Source: Gemmatimonadales bacterium
GTDB taxonomy: Bacteria; Gemmatimonadota; Gemmatimonadetes; Gemmatimonadales; Gemmatimonadaceae
NCBI GenBank assembly: GCA_039933915.1
Contig: JBDTND010000001.1
Location: 5,090-69,089 of the forward strand
Direction: 5' to 3'
Length of the DNA stretch: 64,000 nucleotides
Positions within the stretch are counted from its first letter, which is position 1, and every line of letters begins with the position of its first letter. A program made the position numbers and the translations under genes. The notes under the pieces are model-generated. The model was not told where the DNA came from and did no database searches. It saw only the letters and a program-made list of their open reading frames with translations. Shown piece after piece: positions 1 through 9,966 of this stretch.

Positions 1-936
1 CACGCTCGGGGGAATCTGCTCGCGAAGGCGATCCAGCAGCGTCTTCACGCCTTCCGCCACTGCTACAGTATTCGTTCCGGGTTGCCGCTGAATCGCGAGC
101 ACGACAGCGCGATCACCGTTGTACCAGCTGGCGACTCTGTTATTCTCGACATCGTCCAACACCTGGCCAAGCTCGTCAAGGTGAACCGGCGCTCCGTTGC
201 GGTACGCCACGACCATCCGGCGAAATTCACCTGCGTTCTGCAGCTGGCCGTTCGCGCGGATTGTGGAGGCCCGGTTGGGTCCCCAAAGCGTGCCGGTGGG
301 CATGCTGACGTTCTGCGCATCGATGGCGGTGGCCACTTCGTCGATTCCGATGCCGCGGTTGGCGAGAGAGGTCGGATCGAGCTGGACCCTTACTGCGTAT
401 TTCTGCCCACCGTACACCTGCACCTGCGCGATGCCCGGCACCATCGAGATACGCTGCGCCAGAAACGTCTCGCCGTACTCGTTCAGCCGCGAGAGCGGCA
501 TTGTCTTCGACGTCAGGGCGAAGTAGAGGATCGGCTGGTCGGCTGGATTCACCTTTCGGTAGGAGGGCGGCAGAATTCCCTGGGGCAGGCTCCGAAGCGT
601 CTGTGAGATCGCCGCCTGAACGTCCTGCGCTGCCGCATCGATGCTGCGCTCGAGCGAGAACTGAATCGTTATCGACGTTGAACCCAATTGGCTCGACGAC
701 GTCATGTTGTCGATGCCGGCGATCGTAGAGAATTGTTTTTCCAGCGGTGTCGCGACTGCGGCCGCCATCGTCTCCGGGCTTGCACCGGGCAGATTCGCGT
801 TCACCTGAACCGTCGGAAAATCGACTGACGGCAAATCGCTCACTGGAAGTCGACGGTACGCGGCGGTCCCAAAGAACAGGATGCCAATCATGACGAGTGC
901 CGTCATCACCGGCCGGCGTATGAAGAGTGCAGTCAT
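1..936 (-). CDS. RND efflux transporter permease, MdtB/MdtC (AcrB) family; 5' part only, runs off the left edge
   Basis: Not in the ORF track (no stop in window). Manual translation from ATG 936, which overlaps the adaptor gene stop (ATGA): MTALFIRRPVMTALVMIGILFFGTAAYRRLPVSDLPSVDFPTVQVNANLPGASPETMAAAVATPLEKQFSTIAGID..., a typical MdtB/C N-terminus; frame open to base 1. Confidence 0.93.
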   Translation of the reverse strand, partial: MTALFIRRPVMTALVMIGILFFGTAAYRRLPVSDLPSVDFPTVQVNANLPGASPETMAAAVATPLEKQFSTIAGIDNMTSSSQLGSTSITIQFSLERSIDAAAQDVQAAISQTLRSLPQGILPPSYRKVNPADQPILYFALTSKTMPLSRLNEYGETFLAQRISMVPGIAQVQVYGGQKYAVRVQLDPTSLANRGIGIDEVATAIDAQNVSMPTGTLWGPNRASTIRANGQLQNAGEFRRMVVAYRNGAPVHLDELGQVLDDVENNRVASWYNGDRAVVLAIQRQPGTNTVAVAEGVKTLLDRLREQIPPSV

Positions 937-2036
937 CGGGGTGCTCCCTTGATCGTAACCTTGGAGCCGGGCATGAGGCGTGATTGGCCGTCGATTACCA
1001 CGCGTTCGCCTTCCTTCAATCCACTGGCGATGACCGCGACGGAATCGACCGTGCGAGAGACCTGAACCGGGCGTTGGACCGCGGTCATCGCGGTGTCGAT
1101 CGTGTAAACGTACGTGCCCTGCTGACCAGTCATGATCGCCGGCGCCGGCAGGGTAAGCGCGTCACGATCTACATACAGCTGCAGCGAGACTCTCATGTAT
1201 TGTCCCGGCCAGATTGTCCCTTCGGGATTGCTGAATCTTGCCTTGAGCAGAACTGTCCCCGTTGTCGAATCGACGTTGTTGTCGACGAACGCGAGCGCCC
1301 CGGTGAGCGGCAACCCTGATCCTTCCGATGGCGTCGCCTTGACCTGAAGCGCATTCCCACTTCGGTAGTATCTCTGGATGTCCGGGAACTGGCTTTGCGG
1401 AACGGAGAAGCGAACCAGAATCGGCTGAATCTGATTGATCACTACGAGCGGCGGCTGCGTGTTCGCCTTCACCAGGTTTCCCTGTCGAACTAACAGGCTT
1501 CCGGTTCGGCCGGAAATCGGGGCCCGAATGGTGGAATTGGCGACATCGAGCGCCGCTCTCTGAACCGCTGCGCGATCGGCAGACACTGTCGCCGCGGCTG
1601 ACGCTGCGTTCGCTTCGGCCTGATCGGCCTGGGACGTGGTGACGTACCCCTCCTTGATAAGCGCGGCGTACCGAGTCGCCTCGCGGCGGGCGTTCGCGGC
1701 CATCACTTCATCCCGCGCGAGCTGCGCGCGGGCCTGATCCAGCACCGCTGTGTATGGGCGTGAGTCGAGCTGAAACAGAACCTGACCCGCCTGGACTTCC
1801 TGTCCTTCGGCGAAAGTGACGCGATTCAGGATTCCATTCACCTGCGCTTCCACGGCAACCGTCTGCATCGGCTCAGCCACGCCATTGGCCGTGACTGCGA
1901 ACGGAACCATCGCGCGCGTCACGGTCGTGACGCTGACCGGGACCTGCTGCTGGCGTGGAGGATCGTTCTTGGAGCAGGCGGAGCCCGCAATCAGGGCGAC
2001 AGCCGCAATGCACGCGGACTGGGTACGCGTGTTCAT
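933..2036 (-). CDS. RND efflux periplasmic adaptor (membrane fusion protein), MdtA-like lipoprotein
   Basis: Lipobox-like AGSAC; lipoyl half-motifs (EGQEVQAGQVLFQLD, IRAPISGRTG); DNNVDSTTGTVLLKARF; GLKEGERVVIDG. Confidence 0.93.
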   Translation of the reverse strand: MNTRTQSACIAAVALIAGSACSKNDPPRQQQVPVSVTTVTRAMVPFAVTANGVAEPMQTVAVEAQVNGILNRVTFAEGQEVQAGQVLFQLDSRPYTAVLDQARAQLARDEVMAANARREATRYAALIKEGYVTTSQADQAEANAASAAATVSADRAAVQRAALDVANSTIRAPISGRTGSLLVRQGNLVKANTQPPLVVINQIQPILVRFSVPQSQFPDIQRYYRSGNALQVKATPSEGSGLPLTGALAFVDNNVDSTTGTVLLKARFSNPEGTIWPGQYMRVSLQLYVDRDALTLPAPAIMTGQQGTYVYTIDTAMTAVQRPVQVSRTVDSVAVIASGLKEGERVVIDGQSRLMPGSKVTIKGAPR

Positions 2037-3532
2037 CGAGTTACCGGGTTGGGAACTGGAGTGGAGACCGTCGAGTCAGGAGAAAAAGCGAATGGAGTCT
2101 CGCCGCGTACGCCCAATACACCGGTATCGCGCGCGAGCTGCGCGAGCGAGGTGTACCACTGCCAGCGTGACTGTACCTGCTGCGACCTCGCGTTTGCAAG
2201 AGCGGTCTGGGCGGTCAGCAAATCGATGATGCTGCCGACTCCTTCGCGATAGCGTCCGGCGGCCACTTGAACGGACTGCGTGGCGCTCGCAAGCAGGTCG
2301 TCCGCGGTGGAGACGCGCTGTGCCGCCGTCTGCAGCGCGTAGTAGGAGACGAACACCTGAGTGACGACGTTCTGCCGCGTTTGATCGGCGAGTGCGGCGA
2401 TGGCGTGCGCCTGTTCTCGCGCCGCCGACACGTCGTACTGGCGGGAGAATCCGTTGAAGATGGGAACCGAAAGCCCGAGTGAGACGGTGTACGACGGTCC
2501 CGCGAACGTTGCCGGGCTCGAATATATGCGTGCCGCATTCCCGCCGAGCGAAAGAGAAGGGAGCTCCGCTGCTCGAGCAACGCGAACGTGCGATGCGGCG
2601 GCGGCAGCTTGCGCGCGGGCGGCCGCCAGATCCGGCCTGTTGCGGAGTGCCTGGTTGATGACACTGTCCACACTTTCGGTGAGAGCTCTCACCGGAATCG
2701 CGCCAGAGAGCGGCTCGAGCTCGAACGGCAGGTTCGCCGGCAGCCCCAGCGCGGAAGCGAGTGATCCTCGCGCCGCCTGGAGATCTCCCTGAATAGTCTC
2801 GAGATTGAGCTGCTCCTGAGAGAGTGCGGTGCGCGCCTGGAGCACGTCGGCGATAGTCGCCAGGCCAACTCTGTTTCGCTGCTCGGCGGCGTTGAGATTT
2901 GCCTGCGCTTCGGCAATCGCTGATCGCTCGGCGGCGAGCAGTGACGCAGTTGCCATGTAGGTGAAGAATGCAACCTGCGCCTGCAGCACGGTGTTCTGGA
3001 TAGTCGCGTTATGCGCGAGGTTTGCCGCGAAAAGGCTCTGGCGCGCTATATCGATCGAACCCGACCGGCCACCGAAATCCAGCAGCAGGTAGTTGAGCGA
3101 GATCGAGGGCCCGTACTCGGTGCGCTCGCCGGCAGGGCGCGTCGCGGTCGCCGGGGACCGAATGCGCGAGACAGTCCCCGCGCCGTTGAGCGTTGGGAAC
3201 AACTCTCCCCGCGCCGAGCCGTATAGATCAGCCGCTGCGCGTGCCTGAAACCAGGAGGCGCGTGTCGCCGGATTGTTGCGAAGCGCGAGATCGACGACGT
3301 CAGCGAGAGTAAGCTGTCGAATTCGCTCCTTCAAATCGGCGGGCACCACGTCGGCAACCGTCGGCGTCACGATGGGCTCGGGTTTTACGGCGTCGGCGGG
3401 CGGAGTCCATGGCACGCTCGGAGATGGCGATGCGCCGGCAACGCCGTTGACTTTCGGGGGACCTCCGCACGACGCAATGAGCGGAAACAGGCCGATGCAA
3501 ATGGCTTGGAGAATTCCTGAAGTGTGCGACAT
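2033..3532 (-). CDS. TolC/NodT-family outer membrane efflux lipoprotein
   Basis: Lipobox LIASC; [23 protein letters not shown] and [19 protein letters not shown] motifs; ATG 3532 chosen over TTG 3541. Confidence 0.9.
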   Translation of the reverse strand: MSHTSGILQAICIGLFPLIASCGGPPKVNGVAGASPSPSVPWTPPADAVKPEPIVTPTVADVVPADLKERIRQLTLADVVDLALRNNPATRASWFQARAAADLYGSARGELFPTLNGAGTVSRIRSPATATRPAGERTEYGPSISLNYLLLDFGGRSGSIDIARQSLFAANLAHNATIQNTVLQAQVAFFTYMATASLLAAERSAIAEAQANLNAAEQRNRVGLATIADVLQARTALSQEQLNLETIQGDLQAARGSLASALGLPANLPFELEPLSGAIPVRALTESVDSVINQALRNRPDLAAARAQAAAAASHVRVARAAELPSLSLGGNAARIYSSPATFAGPSYTVSLGLSVPIFNGFSRQYDVSAAREQAHAIAALADQTRQNVVTQVFVSYYALQTAAQRVSTADDLLASATQSVQVAAGRYREGVGSIIDLLTAQTALANARSQQVQSRWQWYTSLAQLARDTGVLGVRGETPFAFSPDSTVSTPVPNPVTR

Positions 3533-3638
3533 TATTCCCAATACGCTGTCCTATGACGTTCTGCTGGCATCTTGTCGAGGTTTTGTAGGGCGCTCAGTTG
3601 CACTAGATTTGGCGATTCGCATCGAGTCTCAGGAGCCA

Positions 3639-4886
3639 ATGACGAAGTATAAGTTCGCGAAAGTCCCTCCGGGTGGCGAAGGGATCACGTTCAGGAACGG
3701 CAAGCTCACTGTTCCAGACAACCCGATCATTCCGTTCGTGGAAGGCGATGGTACCGGACCCGACATCTGGCGCGCGTCCGTTCGAGTGTTCGACGCGGCA
3801 GTCGAGCGCGCGTACAAGGGTCAGCGCAAGGTGTCGTGGATGGAAGTCTTCGCCGGCGAAAAATCCTTCAAACAGTTCCAGGACTGGCTGCCGCAGGAAA
3901 CCATCGACGCGATGAAGGAATATCGCGTTTCCATCAAGGGACCGCTGACGACTCCTGTGGGCGGAGGAATTCGATCGCTCAACGTCACGCTTCGTCAGGT
4001 CCTGGATCTCTACGCCTGCATTCGTCCCGTACGGTACTTCGAGGGAGTAGGCGCTCCGGTCAAGGAGCCACAGAAGGTCAATATCGTGATCTTCCGCGAG
4101 AACACCGAGGATGTGTACGCGGGTATCGAGTGGAAGGCGGGGTCGCCCGAAGCCGAGAAGATCGCGGCGTACCTTCGCAAGGAATTCAAGGCTGATATCC
4201 GCGAGAAGTCGGCGCTCGGTCTCAAGCCAATGTCGGAGTTCGGCTCCAAGCGGCTCGTCAAGATGGCGATCGAGTACGCGATTGCGAAGTGCAAGGAGTC
4301 GGTGACGCTCGTCCACAAAGGGAACATCATGAAGTTCACCGAGGGAGCCTTCCGCGACTGGGGCTATGAAGTCGCGCGCGAGGAGTTTCCGGAGGACACG
4401 ACCACGGAAGCCGAACTGACGAAGGCCGGCCCGACGGCGCGTGCCGACGCCGTCGTGATTCGCGATCGCATTGCGGACTCGATGTTCCAGCAGCTGCTGC
4501 TCAGGCCCGCTGAATATTCAGTGATCGCGACCCCCAACCTCAACGGAGACTATCTCTCTGACGCCGCTGCCGCGCAGGTGGGTGGGCTCGGCATCGCGCC
4601 GGGCGGCAACGTCGGCGAGGGAGTGGCCGTATTCGAAGCGACACACGGTACCGCTCCCAAGTACGCGAACCTCGACAAGATCAACCCGGGAAGCGTCATT
4701 CTGTCGGGCGTGATGATGTTCGAGTACCTGGGCTGGAACGAGGCCGCGACACTTATCGTTAAGGGAGTGGAGAACGCTATCAAGTCGAAGCGCGTCACCT
4801 ATGACCTGGCGCGTCAGATGCCTGGCGCCACTGAAGTTTCGACTTCGGCTTTTGGCGATCAGGTGATCGCCGGGATGAAGAGCTAG
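3639..4886 (+). CDS. icd: NADP-dependent isocitrate dehydrogenase
   Basis: [49 protein letters not shown]; AGGAG SD before ATG 3639 (ORF-track start 3273 is too far upstream). Confidence 0.97.
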   Translation: MTKYKFAKVPPGGEGITFRNGKLTVPDNPIIPFVEGDGTGPDIWRASVRVFDAAVERAYKGQRKVSWMEVFAGEKSFKQFQDWLPQETIDAMKEYRVSIKGPLTTPVGGGIRSLNVTLRQVLDLYACIRPVRYFEGVGAPVKEPQKVNIVIFRENTEDVYAGIEWKAGSPEAEKIAAYLRKEFKADIREKSALGLKPMSEFGSKRLVKMAIEYAIAKCKESVTLVHKGNIMKFTEGAFRDWGYEVAREEFPEDTTTEAELTKAGPTARADAVVIRDRIADSMFQQLLLRPAEYSVIATPNLNGDYLSDAAAAQVGGLGIAPGGNVGEGVAVFEATHGTAPKYANLDKINPGSVILSGVMMFEYLGWNEAATLIVKGVENAIKSKRVTYDLARQMPGATEVSTSAFGDQVIAGMKS

Positions 4887-4889
4887 ATC

Positions 4890-6362
4890 ATGCTTGCCGT
4901 CGGCATCAATTCCGTGAGCCCGGCTGAAGTCGGAACCGCTCTCCTCGTTGTCGCACTTCCGGAAAATCCTACGCTCTCGGGAATAGCCGGGCTCGACAGC
5001 GCTACCCAGGGCGCGCTTTCGCGCACGCTCGAGATGAAGGACTTTCGTGGCTCCCGCGACGAGATGCTGCACCTCACCGGAGTCGCTAAAGGGCCGCGCC
5101 GCCTGCTTCTGATCGGAATGGGCGGAGTGACCGACCGGCGTGTGGCGCTCAGACGAGCAGCCACTCTCGCCGCGCGCAACGCCCAGAGGCTTGGTGTCGG
5201 TGAGATGGTGTGGTACTCGGGACAGATCACCCCCGAGGAAACCGAAGCCATAACGGTCGGCTTGATAGCCGGGGCATGGGAGTACACGGATCTCAAATCA
5301 CCCCCGCCCGAGCCGGATCGCAGGAAGCCCCTCGAGAAAGCGACGATTCTGACGAGCAACACTGACGACAGCCGCAAGGGACTCGCGAGCGGCCAGGCGA
5401 TCGGATCCGGCCACAGTCTCGCGCGCAGGCTCGCGATGATGCCTGGAAATGTCTGCACTCCCGAATTTCTCGCGCAGACCGCGGCCGACATCGCCAAGCG
5501 CTACAGCATGGGCATCACCGTCCTCGGCCGGAAGGAAATGGAAGCGGAGAAGATGGGAAGCTTCCTGGCGGTGGCGCAGGGCACGCCGCAGGACCCAAAG
5601 CTCGTCACGCTCGAGTACAAGGGCGGCAAGCCAAACGCGAAGCCGATAGTCCTCGTCGGAAAGGGACTTAGTTTCGACAGCGGGGGCATCTCCATCAAGC
5701 CCGCCCAGGGCATGGAATTCATGAAGTTCGACATGTGTGGCGCTGCCGGCGTGCTCGGCACAATGGAGGCGGTCGGCCAGCTCGAGCCCGACCTGAACAT
5801 CATCGGGATAATCGGCGCGACGACGAACATGCCATCGGGCACAGCGATGAATCCCGGCGATGTCGTCAAGGCGCAGAACGGCAAGTCGATCGAGATCATC
5901 AACACTGACGCCGAGGGGCGTCTGGTTCTCGCGGACTGCCTTTCGTACGCAAAGCGATTCGATCCGGACGTGGTGATCGATGCCGCTACTCTCACCGGCG
6001 CCTGCGTCATTGCGCTTGGCCACACCGCGAGCGGGGTGTTCTCGACCGACGATGGACTGATCGCCGAGATTCTCGCCGCGGGGAAGAGAGCCGGAGAGCC
6101 TGGTTGGCCGCTGCCGCTTTGGGACGAGTACAAGGATCTGATCAAGTCGGATATCGCCGACGTCAAGAATTCAGGGGGGCGTCCAGCCGGCGCCGTGACA
6201 GCGGCGCTGTTCCTCAAGGAATTCGCCGAAGGATATCGCTGGGCTCACCTCGACATTGCGGGCACTGCGTATTCGGAATCCGACCTGGTCACGATTCCGA
6301 AAGGACCGACGGGCGTGCCGACGGGTACCTTCATCGAGTTCATTCGCGGGAGAGCTCCCTGA
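4890..6362 (+). CDS. pepA: Leucyl aminopeptidase (M17 family)
   Basis: VGKGLSFDSGGISIK, MKFDMCGAA, NTDAEGRL, ATLTGA, WAHLDIAG. Confidence 0.96.
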   Translation: MLAVGINSVSPAEVGTALLVVALPENPTLSGIAGLDSATQGALSRTLEMKDFRGSRDEMLHLTGVAKGPRRLLLIGMGGVTDRRVALRRAATLAARNAQRLGVGEMVWYSGQITPEETEAITVGLIAGAWEYTDLKSPPPEPDRRKPLEKATILTSNTDDSRKGLASGQAIGSGHSLARRLAMMPGNVCTPEFLAQTAADIAKRYSMGITVLGRKEMEAEKMGSFLAVAQGTPQDPKLVTLEYKGGKPNAKPIVLVGKGLSFDSGGISIKPAQGMEFMKFDMCGAAGVLGTMEAVGQLEPDLNIIGIIGATTNMPSGTAMNPGDVVKAQNGKSIEIINTDAEGRLVLADCLSYAKRFDPDVVIDAATLTGACVIALGHTASGVFSTDDGLIAEILAAGKRAGEPGWPLPLWDEYKDLIKSDIADVKNSGGRPAGAVTAALFLKEFAEGYRWAHLDIAGTAYSESDLVTIPKGPTGVPTGTFIEFIRGRAP

Positions 6363-6379
6363 GTAAGGTCTCCGGGCGT

Positions 6380-8194
6380 TTGCGCAGCCCAACCCGCCTC
6401 GGCCTCGTGGCCGGGGCGCTTTTGTACGCGGTCGTCTGTCCCGTGAGCGCTCAGGTGGTTCCGCCGCCTGCAAGTGAAGTCCCGATTCCTGTCAAACCAG
6501 GGACGGATTCCGGTCCAGACAGCGCGCGCATCAAGGCGGATACCATCAAGCCGCCGATCGGCCGGTTCGCGGACCCGGTGCTCTACGAGATAGGACCGCA
6601 ATACGAGTGGAATCGCGAACAGCTCTTCGCCACCGGGGCGCTGAATCTGGGCGACCTTCTCGACCGCATTCCGGGCGTGACGACTTTCCGGTCGGGATGG
6701 CTCGCAACTCCGCAGACGGCGACCTATAGTGCCGATTTTCGCCGAGTGCGGGTGTTTTATGATGATGTGGAGATGGACAATCTGGACAACACCAGCGGCG
6801 GGGTGCTCGACCTTTCGTCGGTGCAGCTTTGGTCGCTCGAGCACTTGAGTATCGAGCGTAGCGCGGGGGAGCTGCGGATATACATGCGGAGCTGGCGCGT
6901 CGACAACACCGATCCGTATACGCGGGCCGACGTGGCGACGGGCAACGAAGACACCAATCTCTATCGCGGGTATTACGGGAAGCGATTCCAGAACGGCGCA
7001 GCGCTTCAATTCGCCGGACAACAGTATGGAGTGCGGAGCTCGCGCTTTGCCGGAGCGGGCGATGCACTATCGCTTCTGACCCGGTACGGCGTCGCCAAAA
7101 AGAGCTGGAGCCTCGACGGCTTCGTGATTCGCCATCATCCGACCCGTGACATCCAGCGACCCACGGCAGGGTTGGGACGGCCGCCGGTTCTGTCGCTCGA
7201 TGCGACCTACACCGACGCCTACGTCCGCGCCGCAGTGGGCAGCTCGAATCGCGGTCCGTGGGCTCAGGTCACGGTCGCATCACTCGCGTTCAAAGGGACA
7301 ACCGGTCCCGATAGAAGTGTCGCCGCGACCAGTCAGCCCGATACGCTCGAGAGGAGGGTTTCCGAGACCCAGTACAACGTGAGCGCTGGATACACCCTCG
7401 GAGCTCTGCGCGTCGAGGTGCAGGATCGCCTTCGCGCGATTCGTGGCTCGACCTATAACGGCGCCTCCGGTCGGCTCGACCTCGTGACACCGGTTGGAGT
7501 CGTGACCGGATTCGTCGAGCATGACGGGTATCGTGGGACGACCAACGCCGATGCGGGCATTCGCGCACAGCCGCTCCCGTTCATAGCGTTCTCGGGGTCA
7601 GTCGCGCAATCGGTCCCAAGGACTTCGGGAGTGTCGTCGCCGGCTACGACTACGTCGGCGCGAGGCGAAGTCGCGCTCAAGCTGTTCGGACCATGGCTTG
7701 GTGCCGGAATGATATCGAGCGATAGGTCTGGGGGATTGGCCCCCGCCGTGTACGACACACTTCTGCAGGCAACTGCTCCGGGGAAAACATCAGCGCGAAC
7801 GGCATCTATCCGAGGCCCGATAATCGCCGGCTTCGGGATCGATGCGTGGGTTGTGAAATGGGACCAGAGCCGGCCGTACCAGCCCGAATATCAGAGTCGC
7901 TCAGAGATCTACTACGCCAACAACTTCGCCAAGCGGTTCCCGAGAGGCGATTTGGACATTCGGCTGGCCGGCGTCTACGAGTACAGGAGTCACACGACGT
8001 TCCCGCTCAGCACCGGTGACGTTCGGACCGAGGCAGCGAAAACAGTCTCTGCCCAGCTCGAGATTCGCCTGCTGCGCGCCGTACTCACTTACCAGCAGCG
8101 GAACATCCTCGGCTACCAATACCAGGTCATCCCGGGTTTCGAGATGCCGCGAGTGCTCGCGATCTACGGCGTGCGTTGGGAGTTCTGGAATTGA
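6380..8194 (+). CDS. Secreted outer-membrane beta-barrel protein with N-terminal TonB-dependent receptor plug-like domain
   Basis: Signal peptide ending VSA-Q; plug-like segment REQLFATGALNLGDLLDRIPGV...VRVFYDD...LSSVQLWSLEHLSIER; amphipathic strands; C-terminal YGVRWEFWN. Start uncertain (TTG 6380 or CTG 6359). Confidence 0.7.
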   Translation: MRSPTRLGLVAGALLYAVVCPVSAQVVPPPASEVPIPVKPGTDSGPDSARIKADTIKPPIGRFADPVLYEIGPQYEWNREQLFATGALNLGDLLDRIPGVTTFRSGWLATPQTATYSADFRRVRVFYDDVEMDNLDNTSGGVLDLSSVQLWSLEHLSIERSAGELRIYMRSWRVDNTDPYTRADVATGNEDTNLYRGYYGKRFQNGAALQFAGQQYGVRSSRFAGAGDALSLLTRYGVAKKSWSLDGFVIRHHPTRDIQRPTAGLGRPPVLSLDATYTDAYVRAAVGSSNRGPWAQVTVASLAFKGTTGPDRSVAATSQPDTLERRVSETQYNVSAGYTLGALRVEVQDRLRAIRGSTYNGASGRLDLVTPVGVVTGFVEHDGYRGTTNADAGIRAQPLPFIAFSGSVAQSVPRTSGVSSPATTTSARGEVALKLFGPWLGAGMISSDRSGGLAPAVYDTLLQATAPGKTSARTASIRGPIIAGFGIDAWVVKWDQSRPYQPEYQSRSEIYYANNFAKRFPRGDLDIRLAGVYEYRSHTTFPLSTGDVRTEAAKTVSAQLEIRLLRAVLTYQQRNILGYQYQVIPGFEMPRVLAIYGVRWEFWN

Positions 8195-8219
8195 CAAACT
8201 CCTTGTCGCGTCGTAGGAT
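8191..8219 (+). promoter_or_regulatory. Sigma70-type promoter for the yicC-gmk-rpoZ operon
   Basis: TTGACA (8191-8196), 17 nt spacer, TAGGAT (8214-8219). Confidence 0.75.
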
Positions 8220-8231
8220 AGCCCACCTCAC

Positions 8232-9107
8232 ATGATATCCAGCATGACGGGCTTCGGCGCGGCCGAGGGTGCAGTCGGTGACGCGCGAGCGAGCGTGGAG
8301 ATCAGGACCGTCAACCACCGGTTCTTCAGCCCAAACCTCAAGCTCCCTTCACCCTTTGCGCGGTGGGAAGGCGAGATCAGGGAGATTCTCAGGCAAAAAA
8401 TTGCCCGTGGTCACGTCACTCTGACCGCGCGCCTCGATCGCTCGGTTGGGACGGGACCCGTAATCGATGAGGCTCGGCTCGCCGAATACGCGACAACGCT
8501 GAAGGAGCTTAAGAAGAAGCATTCGTTGGGAGGAGAGGTGGATCTTGCGACGATCCTCCGCCTGCCCGACGTCGTCGGCGCCCCGACCGAGGAAATGGAC
8601 TCCTCCGCGGGCGAGGCCCTCGCGGCGATAGTGCATAAGGCAGCCGACAACCTCATCGCGATGCGCCGCGCAGAGGGGGCGCAGCTGGCGGGTTTCCTCG
8701 TCGACCGCATTAATGCGGTGGAAGCGCGACTGTCACGCGTCGAGAAGAGGGCGCCGATTCGGCTGAAGGAGCACCACGAACGAGTCAAGCGCACGGTCTC
8801 CGATCTGGTGGGCGCTCCCGGTGCTGACCCTCAGCGGATCGCTCAGGAAATCGCGATTCTTGCCGACAAGCTCGATGTCGCGGAGGAGCTGGATCGGTTT
8901 CGCTCCCACCTGGCAGCGTTCCGCGAGACAGCGCAGGCGAAGACGGCCGATCCGGTGGGCAAGCGACTGGGTTTCATCCTGCAGGAGATGGTGCGCGAGG
9001 CGAACACCATCGGTAGCAAGGCGAGCGACGCCCAGATTCAGGAAGATGTAATTGCGATCAAGGAAGAGCTCGAGCGCGTCCGCGAGCAGGTCGAGAATCT
9101 CGAGTAA
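8232..9107 (+). CDS. yicC: YicC/YloC family endoribonuclease
   Basis: MISSMTGFG start, EIRTVNHRF, DVAEELDRF, GKRLGFILQEMVREANTIGSK, REQVENLE end; upstream of gmk. Confidence 0.95.
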   Translation: MISSMTGFGAAEGAVGDARASVEIRTVNHRFFSPNLKLPSPFARWEGEIREILRQKIARGHVTLTARLDRSVGTGPVIDEARLAEYATTLKELKKKHSLGGEVDLATILRLPDVVGAPTEEMDSSAGEALAAIVHKAADNLIAMRRAEGAQLAGFLVDRINAVEARLSRVEKRAPIRLKEHHERVKRTVSDLVGAPGADPQRIAQEIAILADKLDVAEELDRFRSHLAAFRETAQAKTADPVGKRLGFILQEMVREANTIGSKASDAQIQEDVIAIKEELERVREQVENLE

Positions 9108-9751
9108 TGGCCTTCCCGGTAATCCTCTCCTCGCCTTCCGGCGGCGGAAAGACAACCATCGCCCACAAGCTGCTCGCCCTGAGACCGGATGTCGGGTACT
9201 CGGTGTCCTGCACGACGAGGCCGCCGCGCGAGGGGGAGGTTGACGGCCGGGACTACCATTTCATGACGCCCGAAGACTTCAAGCGCGGGCAGAAGGCCGA
9301 CGAGTTCGCCGAGTCGGCAGTGGTGCATGGCCACCTGTACGGAACGCTGATGGCGGAGGTCCACAAGGTTCTGGCCTCCGGAAAGCACGTCATCATGGAC
9401 ATCGACGTCCAGGGCGCGAAGCAATTTCTCCGGGCATTTCCGAGCTCGGTTCTCGTATTCATCCTCCCGCCCTCGTCGGGGGCCATGTTGGAACGGCTCC
9501 TGGGGCGGGGGACCGAAGACCCCAAATCGCTGATTCGTCGATTCAAGAGTGCCAAAGACGAGCTAAAGGCGGTACATTTGTACCAGTACGTGATCGTCAA
9601 TGACGACGTCGATTCCGCGGTCGCCGCGGTTTCGAGCATCATCGATGCGGAGGAAGTGAAACCGTTTCGTGATGGTACTCTCGACGAACGTGTCAACGAG
9701 CTCATCAAAGGGATTCAGCGCGCCATCGATCAATATTCAGCGAGGAAGTAA
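9107..9751 (+). CDS. gmk: Guanylate kinase
   Basis: P-loop SPSGGGKTT, SCTTRPPREGEVDGRDYHF, YGT, DIDVQGA. Confidence 0.97.
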   Translation: MAFPVILSSPSGGGKTTIAHKLLALRPDVGYSVSCTTRPPREGEVDGRDYHFMTPEDFKRGQKADEFAESAVVHGHLYGTLMAEVHKVLASGKHVIMDIDVQGAKQFLRAFPSSVLVFILPPSSGAMLERLLGRGTEDPKSLIRRFKSAKDELKAVHLYQYVIVNDDVDSAVAAVSSIIDAEEVKPFRDGTLDERVNELIKGIQRAIDQYSARK

Positions 9752-9961
9752 ATGCAGGTTTTCATTCCGAACGAAGTCGCGAAGCACGCGACGAACAAAT
9801 ACCTGGGAGTTCTGGTCGCCGCCAAGTACGCGCGCGTCCTCAACGAATTCCCGCGCGACCGCTCGGCGCCCGGCGAGAAGAAGCTGACGACTCGGGCACT
9901 CGAAGAGCTCACCGATGGTGACGTCGAGTACCGCGTGGTTCCGCGCCGCCGCACGGAGTAG
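9752..9961 (+). CDS. rpoZ: RNA polymerase omega subunit
   Basis: 69 aa with NKYLGVLVAAKYAR and KLTTRALEEL; conserved gmk-rpoZ-coaBC context. Confidence 0.9.
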   Translation: MQVFIPNEVAKHATNKYLGVLVAAKYARVLNEFPRDRSAPGEKKLTTRALEELTDGDVEYRVVPRRRTE

Positions 9962-9966
9962 TTACC

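Noticed and set aside
3273-3638. Apparent N-terminal extensions in the ORF track (icd, carA, sdhA, nuoE/F/G/J/K, sucC, fabG, dcd, mqnE)
   Set aside because: Artefacts of longest-ORF calling; homology and SD or stop-start overlaps place the starts downstream.
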